A stretch of DNA of 64,000 nucleotides, taken from an uncultured Gemmatimonadales bacterium (GTDB lineage: Bacteria > Gemmatimonadota > Gemmatimonadetes > Gemmatimonadales > GWC2-71-9). This document shows positions 19,653-29,547 of the stretch, one piece after another. The stretch is from NCBI GenBank assembly GCA_963779755.1, contig CAVZZO010000001.1:2080001-2144000 (forward strand), in the 5' to 3' direction. The first letter of the stretch is position 1. Each line of letters opens with the position of its first letter. The notes under the pieces are model-generated. The model saw nothing but the letters and a program-made list of their open reading frames with translations, ran no database searches and had not been told where the DNA came from. Both the position numbers and the translations under genes were made by a program.

Positions 19653-21016
19653 ATATCGAGGCGGTGCTGATTGCGCTCGGCGCGCTGGCCATCGTGCTGG
19701 GGGTGCTGGTGTTCGTCCACGAGCTGGGGCATTTCGTTGCCGCCAAGATCGCCGGCATCTACGTCCACCGGTTTTCGCTGGGCATGGGCAGCCCGGTCCG
19801 CTGGCTCACCACCCGGCGGGGAGAGACGGAGTACTCCATCTCCTGGCTGCCGCTGGGCGGCTACGTCAAGATGGCGAGCAGCGCCGAGGATTCGGCCAGC
19901 AGCATGCTGGAGGGCGGCCAGGCGGCCACCCCGGTGCCGCCCGGCCGGGTCTTCGAGGCAAAACCGGTCTGGGTGCGGATGATCGTGATCCTGGCCGGCG
20001 TCACCATGAATGTCCTCTTCGCCTGGGGCGCCTATACCTACCTGGCGGCCCGGCACGGCGAGGAGATCCTGCTGACCACGCGGGTGGGGCAGATCGTCCC
20101 CGGGGTCCTGCCTCCGGAGGCGCAGGCGGTAGAGCACCTGCAGCCCGGGCAGCGGATCACCGCCGTGAACGGAACGCCGGTCGCCAACTGGAACGAGGTG
20201 GTGGACGGGCTGCTCAACGCGCCCGGCGATTCGCTGGCCATTTCTCTGGAAGGCCGCGCTCCGCTGATTCTGCCCATTCCCGCCGTCGCGGTGGACAGCC
20301 GCATGCGCATCCGCCTCGCGGTGCAGCCCTTCATTCCCGCGGTAGTGGGGCAGGTGCTGCCCAACTCGGCGGCGGCAGCGGCGGGCATCGAGGTGGGCGA
20401 CAGCATCGTGAAGATCGGGGGGCAGCCCATCACCGAGTGGTACGATCTGGTCGATCAGATCGAGCCCGGCGCCGGCCAGGCAATCCCGGTCGAACTGGTG
20501 CGCCAGGGCCGGCCGCTCAGCCTGGTGGTCACCCCTCGCGCGGAGCCGGGGCCGGACGGGAAGGACGTGGGCAAGATCGGCGTGGGCGTCCGGCGCGAGG
20601 TGCGCCACCGGTCGTATTCGCTGGGCGAGGCGTTCGGGGTCGGCTTCGACTCTACCGTGGCGGCGTCCACCCAGCTGCTGCGCGGTATCCGCGGAATGAT
20701 CGGCGGCCAGGTCTCGCGCCGCTCGCTGGGCGGCCCGATCCTCATCGGCCAGCTGGCGGGGCAGAGCATTCAGCTGGGACTGGATGTGTTCCTCTCGTTC
20801 ATGGCGCTCATCTCGGTGAACCTGGCGGTGCTCAACCTGCTGCCGATCCCCGTGCTGGATGGCGGCCAGTTCCTGTTCCTGCTGGCCGAGGCGGCCATCC
20901 GCCGCCCGCTGTCGCTGCGGTTGCGCGAACGGCTGACGGCGGTGGGGCTGGTGGTCATCGTGCTGCTCATGGTCTTCGTATTTTCCAATGACATTCTGAG
21001 GCTGTTCGGGATCTGA
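19649..21016 (+). CDS. rseP: RIP metalloprotease RseP (two PDZ domains)
   Basis: HELGH, LPLGGYVKM, NLLPIPVLDGG. Confidence 0.96.
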   Translation: MNIEAVLIALGALAIVLGVLVFVHELGHFVAAKIAGIYVHRFSLGMGSPVRWLTTRRGETEYSISWLPLGGYVKMASSAEDSASSMLEGGQAATPVPPGRVFEAKPVWVRMIVILAGVTMNVLFAWGAYTYLAARHGEEILLTTRVGQIVPGVLPPEAQAVEHLQPGQRITAVNGTPVANWNEVVDGLLNAPGDSLAISLEGRAPLILPIPAVAVDSRMRIRLAVQPFIPAVVGQVLPNSAAAAAGIEVGDSIVKIGGQPITEWYDLVDQIEPGAGQAIPVELVRQGRPLSLVVTPRAEPGPDGKDVGKIGVGVRREVRHRSYSLGEAFGVGFDSTVAASTQLLRGIRGMIGGQVSRRSLGGPILIGQLAGQSIQLGLDVFLSFMALISVNLAVLNLLPIPVLDGGQFLFLLAEAAIRRPLSLRLRERLTAVGLVVIVLLMVFVFSNDILRLFGI

Positions 21017-21088
21017 GCAGGACGGCAGGACGGCAGGACGGCAGGACGGCAAGATTTCCCGTTTCCGCTTCCCATTTCCCTTTTCCCG
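21017..21088 (+). repeat. tandem 8-mer (GCAGGACG)x4 fused to a TTCCC-type ~7-mer array
   Basis: Directly after the rseP stop; two repeat families abut without a local complementary arm. Confidence 0.85.
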
Positions 21089-21097
21089 GCGAGTACG

Positions 21098-22735
21098 ATG
21101 CGGCGTGCGCTCATACTCCTGTTGGTCACTGCGGCTCCGTTGGCCGCTCAGACACCCGCCACGGTTCCTGAGCGCACCAACTACCAGCGCACCTCCACCA
21201 CGGCCGAGGTCGGGGCATTCCTCGACAGTCTGCAGACTATGGGGGCTCCGATCACTCTCGGTACCATGGGGCATTCGGCGGGCGGCAAGCCCCTGTATCT
21301 GGTGATCGCCTCCGAGCCGCGGATCACCAGCCCGGCCGAGGCCGCCGCGTCCGGGAAGCTGGTGGTCTACCTGCAGGCGAACATCCACGGCGGCGAGGTG
21401 GAAGGGAAGGAGGCGGTGCAGCAGATCCTGCGCGAGCTCATGGGCCCGCGCCGCTCGCTGCTGGAGAAGCTGATTATTCTGGTGGCTCCGGTCTACAACG
21501 CCGACGGGAACGATGCGCTGGGGCCGCAGGAACGGAATCGTTCGGAGCAGAACGGTCCGCCGCTGGTGGGCCAGCGGCCCGATGGGCTCAACCTCGATCT
21601 CAACCGGGACTATCTGAAGGCGGAGGCGCCCGAGACGCAGGCCTCGCTGGCGGCGATCTACGACACCTGGGATCCCGCACTGATGATGGACCTGCACACC
21701 ACCGACGGCACGCTGCACGGGTATCTGCTGACCTACTCGCCGCCGCTCGATCCCAACGGGCCCGGGGGCCCCACCGCGTTCGTTCGCGACAGTCTGTTGC
21801 CGTCGGTGCGGAAGACCCTGCAGGACCGGCATCATGAGCCGGTCTTCGACTACGGTAACGTCGAGAACCCGATGGAGCCCAAGGCGTGGACCACCTACGC
21901 GCCGCTGGGCTGGTACGGGACCAACTACGTAGGGCTGCGCGGGCGCATGGCGGTGCTGAGCGAGGCCTATTCCCACGCCGATTTCGCCACGCGCGTCCGG
22001 GTGACGCACGATTTCACGGTGGCCATTCTGGAGTATGCCGCGGCCCATGCCGGCGAGATCCGGGACATCGAGCGCGCCGCCGACCGGCAGACCACGCTGG
22101 AGGGTACGGCCACCGTTCGGCCGGCCCTGGCGGTAGAGTACCAGCCGGCCTCGCGCGGCAGCAACGAGCCCATTCCCCTGGAGATCGTCCGCCCGACGGG
22201 CGATACCGGCGTGGAAGGGCCGCGTTACCAGGGAACGGGCAAGCTGCACACCGTCTCGCTTCCGGTGTACGATCGCTTCCGCGCGAAAGAAACGCGGCCG
22301 CTGCCGGCGGGATACTTTCTCCCGGCCTCGCTCCGGGGCATCGTGGACAAGCTGCGCCTGCACGGCATCCAGGTACAACAGCTGCGGCAGGCGTTGACCG
22401 ACACGGTGGAGGCAGTGCATCCCGATAGCCTGCGCTGGAGCCCGCGGGAGTTTCAGGGGCACCACCTGCTCTCCATCCGTGCCAGCTACGCGCGCGAGGC
22501 GCGAACCTTCCCGGCCGGCACCTGGTATGTCCCCACCGGGCAGCCGCTGGGCCGGCTGGTGTTTACGCTGCTCGAGCCCGAGGGCTACGGCCTCTGGGCC
22601 TGGGGCGACTTCGACCGGATGCTGGGCTCGGAGGTCGGCGCGCTGTCGGGGCTGGTGTACGGGTCGTCCCGTGTGGGGGAGCTGCCGATCTGGCGGGCGC
22701 TCAGGGAGCCGAAGAGTGTGATGCGGACTGAGTAG
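21098..22735 (+). CDS. secreted M14-family zinc carboxypeptidase
   Basis: Signal peptide, NIHGGEVEG (HxxE), DLNRD, DLHTT. Confidence 0.88.
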   Translation: MRRALILLLVTAAPLAAQTPATVPERTNYQRTSTTAEVGAFLDSLQTMGAPITLGTMGHSAGGKPLYLVIASEPRITSPAEAAASGKLVVYLQANIHGGEVEGKEAVQQILRELMGPRRSLLEKLIILVAPVYNADGNDALGPQERNRSEQNGPPLVGQRPDGLNLDLNRDYLKAEAPETQASLAAIYDTWDPALMMDLHTTDGTLHGYLLTYSPPLDPNGPGGPTAFVRDSLLPSVRKTLQDRHHEPVFDYGNVENPMEPKAWTTYAPLGWYGTNYVGLRGRMAVLSEAYSHADFATRVRVTHDFTVAILEYAAAHAGEIRDIERAADRQTTLEGTATVRPALAVEYQPASRGSNEPIPLEIVRPTGDTGVEGPRYQGTGKLHTVSLPVYDRFRAKETRPLPAGYFLPASLRGIVDKLRLHGIQVQQLRQALTDTVEAVHPDSLRWSPREFQGHHLLSIRASYAREARTFPAGTWYVPTGQPLGRLVFTLLEPEGYGLWAWGDFDRMLGSEVGALSGLVYGSSRVGELPIWRALREPKSVMRTE

Positions 22736-22820
22736 GGTCGAAGGTCAAACTCCGGGAGTTTCCACCACGCCGATGGGGAACCCTCCCGGACTTCGACCTT
22801 CGACCTTTGACCTTCGACCT
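22735..22820. repeat. inverted 7-nt tandem-repeat hairpin (GGTCGAA / TTCGACC) between convergent genes
   Basis: GGTCGAAGGTCAAA-TCCGGGAG...CTCCCGGA-CTTCGACCTTCGACCTTTGACCTTCGACC. Confidence 0.85.
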
Positions 22821-23747
22821 CTATTTCCGGAATCTTCGCCACCAAGGGCGCTTCTCCTCCGGGGCCGGCGGGGTGCGAGACTCGGCCGTCACCCAGCCCG
22901 CCGGGAGGCTGATGTCACTGGTACGCCGGTGGGAGGGATGCTCCAGGTCTTCCAGCAGCGCCTGGGCGTCGGGGTAGCGGTCGTCCGGGTGCTTGGCCAG
23001 CAGCTTGAGGATGATCCGCTCCAGCCGCCGGGTCAGTTCCGGCCGGCGGCTGCGCGGCGGCTCGGGCCGGGTCTCCACGTGCATCCGGGCCAGCTCGAAC
23101 CAGTCCTGGGAGCGGAACGGCAACTCGCCGGTGGCGGCCTGGTAGAGGGTGATCCCCAGGGAATAGAGATCCGACCGGCCGTCGAGCGTGCGTCCCTGGG
23201 CCTGTTCAGGGCTGATGTAGCTGGGCGTGCCGATGGTCGTGCTGTAACCGGTAGCGGCGGCATAGCCGTTGATGGCCCGCGCCAGCCCGAAGTCGGTCAG
23301 GACGGCAGTTCCGTCCGCCGCCAGCAGCACATTGTCGAGCTTGATATCGCGATGCACAATGCCGCTGTCGTGTGCGAAGGCCAGCGCCCGGGCCACGTCG
23401 GCTCCCATCCGGAGCACGTCGGCCTCGGGCAGCGCCCCCCCGCGGCCCAGCCGGGCGGCCAGGGTATCGGGGTAGAGGTCCATGGCGAAGAAGACCCGGT
23501 CGCCGCTGCGGCCGACCTCCTCGATATGGACGATGTGGGGATGGCGGAGCTGGGCGGCCAGCTCGGATTCCTGGAGGAAGCGCTGCCGGAAGGCGTTGTC
23601 GATCCCGAACCGCGGCTTCAAGAGCTTGACGGCAAAGGAGTTACCGTCATCGCGCGAGGCGGCGAAGACCCAGGCAAAGCCCCCCTGGCCGAGCAGGCGG
23701 TCGAGGGTGTAGCGGCCCAGTACCATGCCGGCGTCGGGCAAGTTCAC
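22821..23747 (-). CDS. Hanks-type Ser/Thr protein kinase (soluble)
   Basis: LGQGGFA.V, AVK, HRDIKLDN, DFG, GTPSYISPEQ, DLYSLG. Confidence 0.93.
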   Translation of the reverse strand: MNLPDAGMVLGRYTLDRLLGQGGFAWVFAASRDDGNSFAVKLLKPRFGIDNAFRQRFLQESELAAQLRHPHIVHIEEVGRSGDRVFFAMDLYPDTLAARLGRGGALPEADVLRMGADVARALAFAHDSGIVHRDIKLDNVLLAADGTAVLTDFGLARAINGYAAATGYSTTIGTPSYISPEQAQGRTLDGRSDLYSLGITLYQAATGELPFRSQDWFELARMHVETRPEPPRSRRPELTRRLERIILKLLAKHPDDRYPDAQALLEDLEHPSHRRTSDISLPAGWVTAESRTPPAPEEKRPWWRRFRK

Positions 23748-23761
23748 AGACGGCCCCCGGG

Positions 23762-23790
23762 TTGCTTGGGGTAAAGATCCCCGTTAATTT
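23762..23790 (+). promoter_or_regulatory. sigma70-type promoter of rpsO-pnp
   Basis: TTGCTT-17 nt-TAATTT. Confidence 0.6.
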
Positions 23791-23852
23791 TAAATGCTGT
23801 GAAAGAGTGGTGATAAGTGATGCTCGCGCAACTAGATGAGGATACAGCAAGA

Positions 23853-24113
23853 ATGAGTATTGACAAGCAGGCCGTGATGGAGCGTCACGGCGCACATGAA
23901 GGCGACACCGGCTCGGCCAAGGTACAGGTCGCCCTGCTCACCGAGCGGATCAACTACCTCACCGACCATTTTCGCACGCATCCCAAGGATCACCACAGCC
24001 GGCGCGGGCTCCTCAAGATGGTCGGCCGCCGCCGGCGGCTCCTGACCTACCTGCGGCGGAGCGATCTGGGAACCTACCGCGCGCTCATCGAGCAGCTGGG
24101 TCTCCGCCATTAA
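23853..24113 (+). CDS. rpsO: 30S ribosomal protein S15
   Basis: [36 protein letters not shown]. Confidence 0.98.
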   Translation: MSIDKQAVMERHGAHEGDTGSAKVQVALLTERINYLTDHFRTHPKDHHSRRGLLKMVGRRRRLLTYLRRSDLGTYRALIEQLGLRH

Positions 24114-24203
24114 TCTGATGCAGCCTCCGACGGGCGCCCCTCATGTTCCCCTGGGGCGCCCGTGTCGTATTGGTGTCTCCTGAAACTCGCAAAGGCCGAA
24201 ATC

Positions 24204-26285
24204 GTGCAACGGATCGAAACGCAGTTCGCCGGACGCAATCTGGTCATTGAATCGGGCCGCCTGGCCAAACAGGCCGCCGGCTCCGCCCTGGTTCGCTTCG
24301 GCGATACGGTCGTGCTGGCGGCGGTGACCGTCTCCCAGAACACCTCGGTGCTCCCCTTCTTTCCCCTCACCGTCGAATATCGCGAGAAGACCTACGCCGC
24401 GGGCAAGATCCCGGGCGGGTTCCTCAAGCGCGAAGGGCGCCCGTCGGACGAGGAAATCCTCTCCGCCCGGGTGATCGACCGGTCCATCCGGCCGCTCTTC
24501 CCCGAGGGGTTCAAGAACGAGGTGCAGGTGTTCTGCACCGTGATGTCGGCCGACCAGGAAAACGATGCGGACGTCGTGGCGGCGCTGGCGGCCTCCACCG
24601 CGCTGAGCCTCTCGACGGTGCCGTGGAACGGCCCCATTGCGGCGGTGCGGGTGGGCCGGGTGGAGGGCAACTGGATCCTGAACCCCACCTTCCAGCAGCT
24701 CGAGTTCAGCACGCTCGATCTCATCGTGACCGGCACCGCCGACAGCATCATCATGGTCGAGGGCGGCTCGCTGGAGATCAGCGAAGCGGAAATGATCGAA
24801 GCCCTCAAGGTAGCGCAGAAGGGCCTCAAGGAGCTGATCGGCCACCAGCAGACCCTGCTCAAGAAGATGCCCCCCGCCAAGCTGGAGTGGACCCGTCCCG
24901 CGCCCTCGGCCGAGGTGGTGGAGAAGGTGCGCCAGATGGGCGAGAAGGCCATGGCCCAGGCCATCAACGCCAAGGACAAGGCGGGGCGGGCGGACGCGGT
25001 GCGCGCCCTGCGCAAGGACATCGTCACGCAGTTGAGCGAGCAGTACCCCGAAAATCTCCGGGACATCACCGGCGAGCTGGAAGAGATCGAATACCGCACC
25101 ATGCGGGCCCAGGTGCTGGACAAGGCCGAGCGGGTGGACGGGCGCGATCTCGATACCATCCGGCCCATCAGCATCGAAGCCGGCCTGCTGCCGCGAGCCC
25201 ATGGCTCCGCCCTGTTCACCCGGGGCCAGACCCAGGCGATGGTGGCCGTCACGCTGGGCACCATGGACGACGAGCAGCGGATCGACAGCATCGATGTGGC
25301 GGGCGAGACCACCAAGTCGTTCATGCTGCACTACAACTTTCCGCCCTACTCCACCGGCGAGGTCCGGCCCATCCGCGGCACCAGCCGGCGGGAGATCGGC
25401 CACGGGGCACTGGCGGAGCGCGCGCTGCAGCCGCTCTTGCCCGACTATGACAAGTTTCCCTACACCCTGCGCGTGGTTTCCGAGATCCTGGAGTCCAACG
25501 GCTCCAGCTCGATGGCCACCGTCTGCGGCGGCTCGCTGGCCCTGATGGACGCGGGCGTGCCGATGAAGTCTCCCTGCGCCGGCGTGGCCATGGGGCTCAT
25601 CAAGGAAGGGAAGAAGGTCGCGATCCTGACCGACATCCTGGGCTCGGAAGACCACCTGGGCGACATGGACTTCAAGGTGGCCGGGACGCGCAACGGCATT
25701 ACCTCCATCCAGATGGACATCAAGATCGAAGGCATGGATCTGTCCATCATGGAGGAGGCCATGGAGAAGGCGCGCAAGGGCCGCCTCTTCATTCTGGACC
25801 AGATGGAAAAGGCCGTGCCCGGCCCCAGGGCCGATCTCTCCCCCTATGCGCCGCGCATCATCACGGTGCAGATCAAGCCCGACCGGATCGGCGACATCAT
25901 CGGCCCCAAGGGCAAGACCATCCGCGGCATCCAGGACCAGACCGGCGCCCGCATCAACGTCGACGACAGCGGGGTGGTGACCATCTCCGCGGTGGGCGGC
26001 GAAGCCGGCGCCCGGGCCAAGGAGATGATCCTGGCCCTGGTGGAAGAGCCCGAGGTGGGCAAGACCTACGAAGGCCCGGTCAAGAGCACCACCGCGTTCG
26101 GCGCCTTCGTGGAGATCATGCCGGGCGTCGAGGGGTTGCTGCATATCAGCGAGCTGCAGCACGGCCGCACCGAGAAGACCGAAGACGTCGTCAAGAAGGG
26201 CGATGTCGTGAAGGTCAAGCTCATCGAGGTGGATGAGCGCGGGCGCATGCGGCTGTCCCGGAAAGCGCTGCTGTCCAAGGAGTAA
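24204..26285 (+). CDS. pnp: polyribonucleotide nucleotidyltransferase
   Basis: FFPLTVEYRE, RREIGHG.LAERA, ESNGSSSMA, KH and S1 domains; GTG start chosen. Confidence 0.97.
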   Translation: MQRIETQFAGRNLVIESGRLAKQAAGSALVRFGDTVVLAAVTVSQNTSVLPFFPLTVEYREKTYAAGKIPGGFLKREGRPSDEEILSARVIDRSIRPLFPEGFKNEVQVFCTVMSADQENDADVVAALAASTALSLSTVPWNGPIAAVRVGRVEGNWILNPTFQQLEFSTLDLIVTGTADSIIMVEGGSLEISEAEMIEALKVAQKGLKELIGHQQTLLKKMPPAKLEWTRPAPSAEVVEKVRQMGEKAMAQAINAKDKAGRADAVRALRKDIVTQLSEQYPENLRDITGELEEIEYRTMRAQVLDKAERVDGRDLDTIRPISIEAGLLPRAHGSALFTRGQTQAMVAVTLGTMDDEQRIDSIDVAGETTKSFMLHYNFPPYSTGEVRPIRGTSRREIGHGALAERALQPLLPDYDKFPYTLRVVSEILESNGSSSMATVCGGSLALMDAGVPMKSPCAGVAMGLIKEGKKVAILTDILGSEDHLGDMDFKVAGTRNGITSIQMDIKIEGMDLSIMEEAMEKARKGRLFILDQMEKAVPGPRADLSPYAPRIITVQIKPDRIGDIIGPKGKTIRGIQDQTGARINVDDSGVVTISAVGGEAGARAKEMILALVEEPEVGKTYEGPVKSTTAFGAFVEIMPGVEGLLHISELQHGRTEKTEDVVKKGDVVKVKLIEVDERGRMRLSRKALLSKE

Positions 26286-26291
26286 CTCGCC

Positions 26292-27584
26292 GTGGAGAGC
26301 GTGGGGCTCGACCGCGGTGTAACGCGCACGACGGCGGCCAACGGCCTCACGGTGCTCACGGAGTCGTTGCCCGGAGTCCGCTCGGTCGCCATCGGTATCT
26401 CGGTCCGCAGTGCCAGCGCGCGGGAGGCCCCCCGCGTGCTGGGCGTGTCCCACCTGCTGGAACACATGGTCTTCAAGGGCACCGAGCGCTATAACGCCCG
26501 CGAGCTCGCCATGGCACTGGAGCTCCGGGGCGGCAGCCTCGATGCCTATACCGGCCGCGACCACACCACCTTCCAGGCCCACCTGCTGGACGAGGACCTC
26601 CCCCGCGCCGTGGAAGTCCTGACCGAGCTGGTCCGCCGGCCGCTGCTGCGGCAGAGCGATCTCGACCTCGAGCGCAACGTGGTGCTGGAGGAGATCAACA
26701 TGGTGGAGGATACGCCGGACGACCTGGTCTTCGATCTGGCCAGCGCCCGGCTCTGGCCCGGGCACGGCTACGGCTATCCCATCCTCGGCACCCGCGAGAC
26801 GGTCGGCACCCTCATGGCCGACGACCTGCAGGCCACCCACCGGCGGGCCTACTACCGCGGCAACTGCGTGGTGGCCGCCGCCGGCAACCTGGAGCACGAT
26901 GCGCTGCTCGAACTGCTGGCGGCGGCGGGCTGGCTCGACGGCGGGGAGCGCGAAGCGCCGCTGCCGCCGGTCGCTCCCGGGGCCGCGCGGCGGGGAGACG
27001 TCACGCAGGTGGCCCGCGAGGGCGCGCAGGTGCACATGGTCTTCTCCACCGACACCTTCCCCTACCGCGACCCGCGCCGCTTCGGCCTGGCCATGCTGGT
27101 GAACGCCTTCGGCGGCGGGATGTCGAGCCGGCTCTTTCAGCGGATCCGCGAAGAGCTGGGGCTGGCCTACGCCGTGTACGCCTACCAGACGCTGTATCAG
27201 AGCACCGGAGTGGCCGGCGTGTATATCGGCACCCAGGCGGCCACCGCCGGCCGGGCCGAGGCGGCGATTCGCGAGGAGTACCGCCGGTTGGCGGCCGAGG
27301 CCCTCTCGCCCGCCGAGCTGGATGAATCCAAGCGGCAGCTCAAGGGGCAGGTGGTGCTTTCGCTGGAAAGCCCACAGAGCCGCATGAACCGGCTGGCGGC
27401 GGTGGCCCTCCACGGCGACCGCTACCGCACGCTCGACCAGATGCTGGCGGAGATCGAAGCGGTCACCGCCGGGGAGATCGCCGAGCTGGCCGCGGAGTAC
27501 TTTGCGCCGGAACGGCAGACGGTCCTGCGCCTGGGGCCGGACCGCGGCGAAACGGGAAACGGGGAAACGGGAATAGGCAAATGA
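26292..27584 (+). CDS. M16 (pitrilysin-family) zinc protease
   Basis: HLLEH inverted zinc motif, GGGMSSRLFQ.IRE..GLAY. Confidence 0.93.
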   Translation: MESVGLDRGVTRTTAANGLTVLTESLPGVRSVAIGISVRSASAREAPRVLGVSHLLEHMVFKGTERYNARELAMALELRGGSLDAYTGRDHTTFQAHLLDEDLPRAVEVLTELVRRPLLRQSDLDLERNVVLEEINMVEDTPDDLVFDLASARLWPGHGYGYPILGTRETVGTLMADDLQATHRRAYYRGNCVVAAAGNLEHDALLELLAAAGWLDGGEREAPLPPVAPGAARRGDVTQVAREGAQVHMVFSTDTFPYRDPRRFGLAMLVNAFGGGMSSRLFQRIREELGLAYAVYAYQTLYQSTGVAGVYIGTQAATAGRAEAAIREEYRRLAAEALSPAELDESKRQLKGQVVLSLESPQSRMNRLAAVALHGDRYRTLDQMLAEIEAVTAGEIAELAAEYFAPERQTVLRLGPDRGETGNGETGIGK

Positions 27585-27640
27585 CTGGCGGAGCCCTTTC
27601 CCTTTTCCCGTTTCGCCCTTTCACCATTCCCTTTTCCCGT
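27548..27640. repeat. inverted GGGAAAC / TTTCCC tandem-repeat element
   Basis: GAAACGGGAAACGGGGAAACGGGAATAGGCAAA ... TTTCCCTTTTCCCGTTTCGCCCTTTCACCATTCCCTTTTCCCGT; left arm lies inside the protease 3' end. Confidence 0.8.
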
Positions 27641-27681
27641 GGCCGAATTCGGCCGTCCTTCACCCATAAATCGAGTCTCCC

Positions 27682-28794
27682 ATGATCATCGGCGTCCCGA
27701 AGGAAATCAAAACCAACGAAAATCGCGTTGCGCTGGTTCCCGCCGGCTGTGAGGCGCTGAGCGCCGCGGGGCATACCGTCTATCTCGAGAAGGATGCCGG
27801 GGTCGGGAGCGGTTTCGCGGACGAGGCCTATACCGCCGTGGGCGGCAGGATCCTCCCGACCGCCGACGAGGTCTGGGCCAAGGCCGACATGATCATGAAG
27901 GTGAAGGAGCCGATCGAGGTCGAGTGGCCCCGCATGCGCCGGGGCCAGCTGATCTATACCTACTTCCATTTCGCCGCCGCCGAGGGGCTTACCCGGGCGG
28001 TGATCCAGTCGGGCGCGGTGGCGGTGGCCTACGAGACGGTCCAGCTGCCCAACCGCGAACTGCCGCTGCTGACCCCCATGTCGGAGGTGGCCGGCCGGAT
28101 GGCGGTGCAGGAAGGGGCCAAGTACCTGGAGAAGGTGTTTGGCGGCAGCGGGATCCTGTTGGGCGGCGTGCCCGGCGTGGCGCCGGGCGAGGTGGTCATC
28201 ATCGGCGGCGGCGTGGTCGGCACCAACGCAGCCAAGATGGCCGCCGGGCTGGGGGCACATGTGGTGATCCTCGACGTCTCGCTCGACCGGCTGCGCTATC
28301 TGGACGATGTGCTGCCGGCCAACGTGGATACCACCTACTCCAACCGCCACAATATTCTGGACGCAATCCGGCGGGCCGACCTGGTCGTGGGCGCGGTCCT
28401 GTTGCCGGGCGCCAAAGCCCCGCATCTGGTGAAGCGGGCCGACCTGTCGCAGATGAAGCCTGGGTCGGTCATCGTGGACGTGGCCGTGGACCAGGGCGGG
28501 TGCGTGGAAACCATCAAGGCCACTACGCACGAGAACCCCACCTACGTGGTGGACGGTATCCTGCATTACGGCGTCGCCAACATGCCGGGCGCGGTCCCGC
28601 GGACCTCCACCCTGGCGCTGACCAACGCGACGCTGCCCTACGGGGTCAAGCTGGCCAAGCTCGGCTGGCAGGAGGCCTGCCGCCGCGACGACAGCCTGCG
28701 GCTGGGATTGAACGTGGTGGAAGGGAAGGTGGTCTACCCCGGCGTCGCCGAGGCCTTCGATCTGAAGCTGGTGCCGGTGGAGCAGGTCCTCTGA
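27682..28794 (+). CDS. ald: alanine dehydrogenase
   Basis: [47 protein letters not shown]. Confidence 0.97.
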   Translation: MIIGVPKEIKTNENRVALVPAGCEALSAAGHTVYLEKDAGVGSGFADEAYTAVGGRILPTADEVWAKADMIMKVKEPIEVEWPRMRRGQLIYTYFHFAAAEGLTRAVIQSGAVAVAYETVQLPNRELPLLTPMSEVAGRMAVQEGAKYLEKVFGGSGILLGGVPGVAPGEVVIIGGGVVGTNAAKMAAGLGAHVVILDVSLDRLRYLDDVLPANVDTTYSNRHNILDAIRRADLVVGAVLLPGAKAPHLVKRADLSQMKPGSVIVDVAVDQGGCVETIKATTHENPTYVVDGILHYGVANMPGAVPRTSTLALTNATLPYGVKLAKLGWQEACRRDDSLRLGLNVVEGKVVYPGVAEAFDLKLVPVEQVL

Positions 28795-29240
28795 GCAACG
28801 ACGGAACGGGGGTGCTGATCACGCGGCTGGACCACGGGGAGGGGATGCCCCTCCCCGCGCGGGCCACGGCGGGGTCGGCAGGCTATGACCTGGCCAGCGC
28901 GGAGGAGGGAGAACTGGCGCCCCTGGAACGGCGGCTCTTCCGTACCGGGTTCGCCATCGCCATGCCCGGCGGCTGGGAATGCCAGATCCGGCCCCGGTCG
29001 GGCCTGGCCCTGAGGCAGGGCGTCACGCTGCCCAACGCGCCGGCGACGATCGACAGCGATTACCGGGGCGAGATCATGGTCGCTCTGGTCAACCTGGGGT
29101 CGGAGCCGGTGCGGATTACCCGGGGCATGCGGATCGCACAGATGGTATTTGCCCGGGTGGAACTGCCGGTGTTCACGGAAGTGGCGGAGCTGCCGCCCAG
29201 CGGCCGCGGCGCCGGAGGGTTTGGCAGCACGGGGCATTGA
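28791..29240 (+). CDS. dut: dUTP diphosphatase (start CTG 28791 or GTG 28812)
   Basis: [36 protein letters not shown]. Confidence 0.93.
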   Translation: MSNDGTGVLITRLDHGEGMPLPARATAGSAGYDLASAEEGELAPLERRLFRTGFAIAMPGGWECQIRPRSGLALRQGVTLPNAPATIDSDYRGEIMVALVNLGSEPVRITRGMRIAQMVFARVELPVFTEVAELPPSGRGAGGFGSTGH

Positions 29241-29547
29241 CGGGGCATGAGGCTTGCCCCTGTTCCTCCTGTCCCGCTGCGGTGATGTTGGGCCGGAGAT
29301 CTACGTCCGTACCGGGTTCCGCGGCACAAGTGCATGCCAATCCGCATGCTAGCCCAGCGTGCGGGAGCGCGGCTCCGGGCCGGTCGTGGCGCCGGGAGCG
29401 GGGGCGCCGCCGGGCCGCCGGCTGGTGCAGGGGCATGCAGTAAGCCAGTCGGAGTGCGGTTTCCGGCAGTGGGCCTAGGCGCCTGTCTTGTATGCAGTTA
29501 GCTCGCACGTTACTTTGTGACCTACCCCAGCCCTTGCCAGCCAGCCG

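Noticed and set aside
19322..22465. 1047-aa minus-strand ORF, and similar long ORFs at 24141-27413, 37308-40556, 4512-6218 and 31682-33601
   Set aside because: Antisense shadows of well-supported genes in high-GC DNA, with no recognisable motifs.
29244..29257. sigma54 -24/-12 motif GGCATGAGGCTTGC
   Set aside because: The spacing fits, but the same bases form a GGGGCA..TGCCCC hairpin right after the dut stop, so a terminator-like role is equally plausible.
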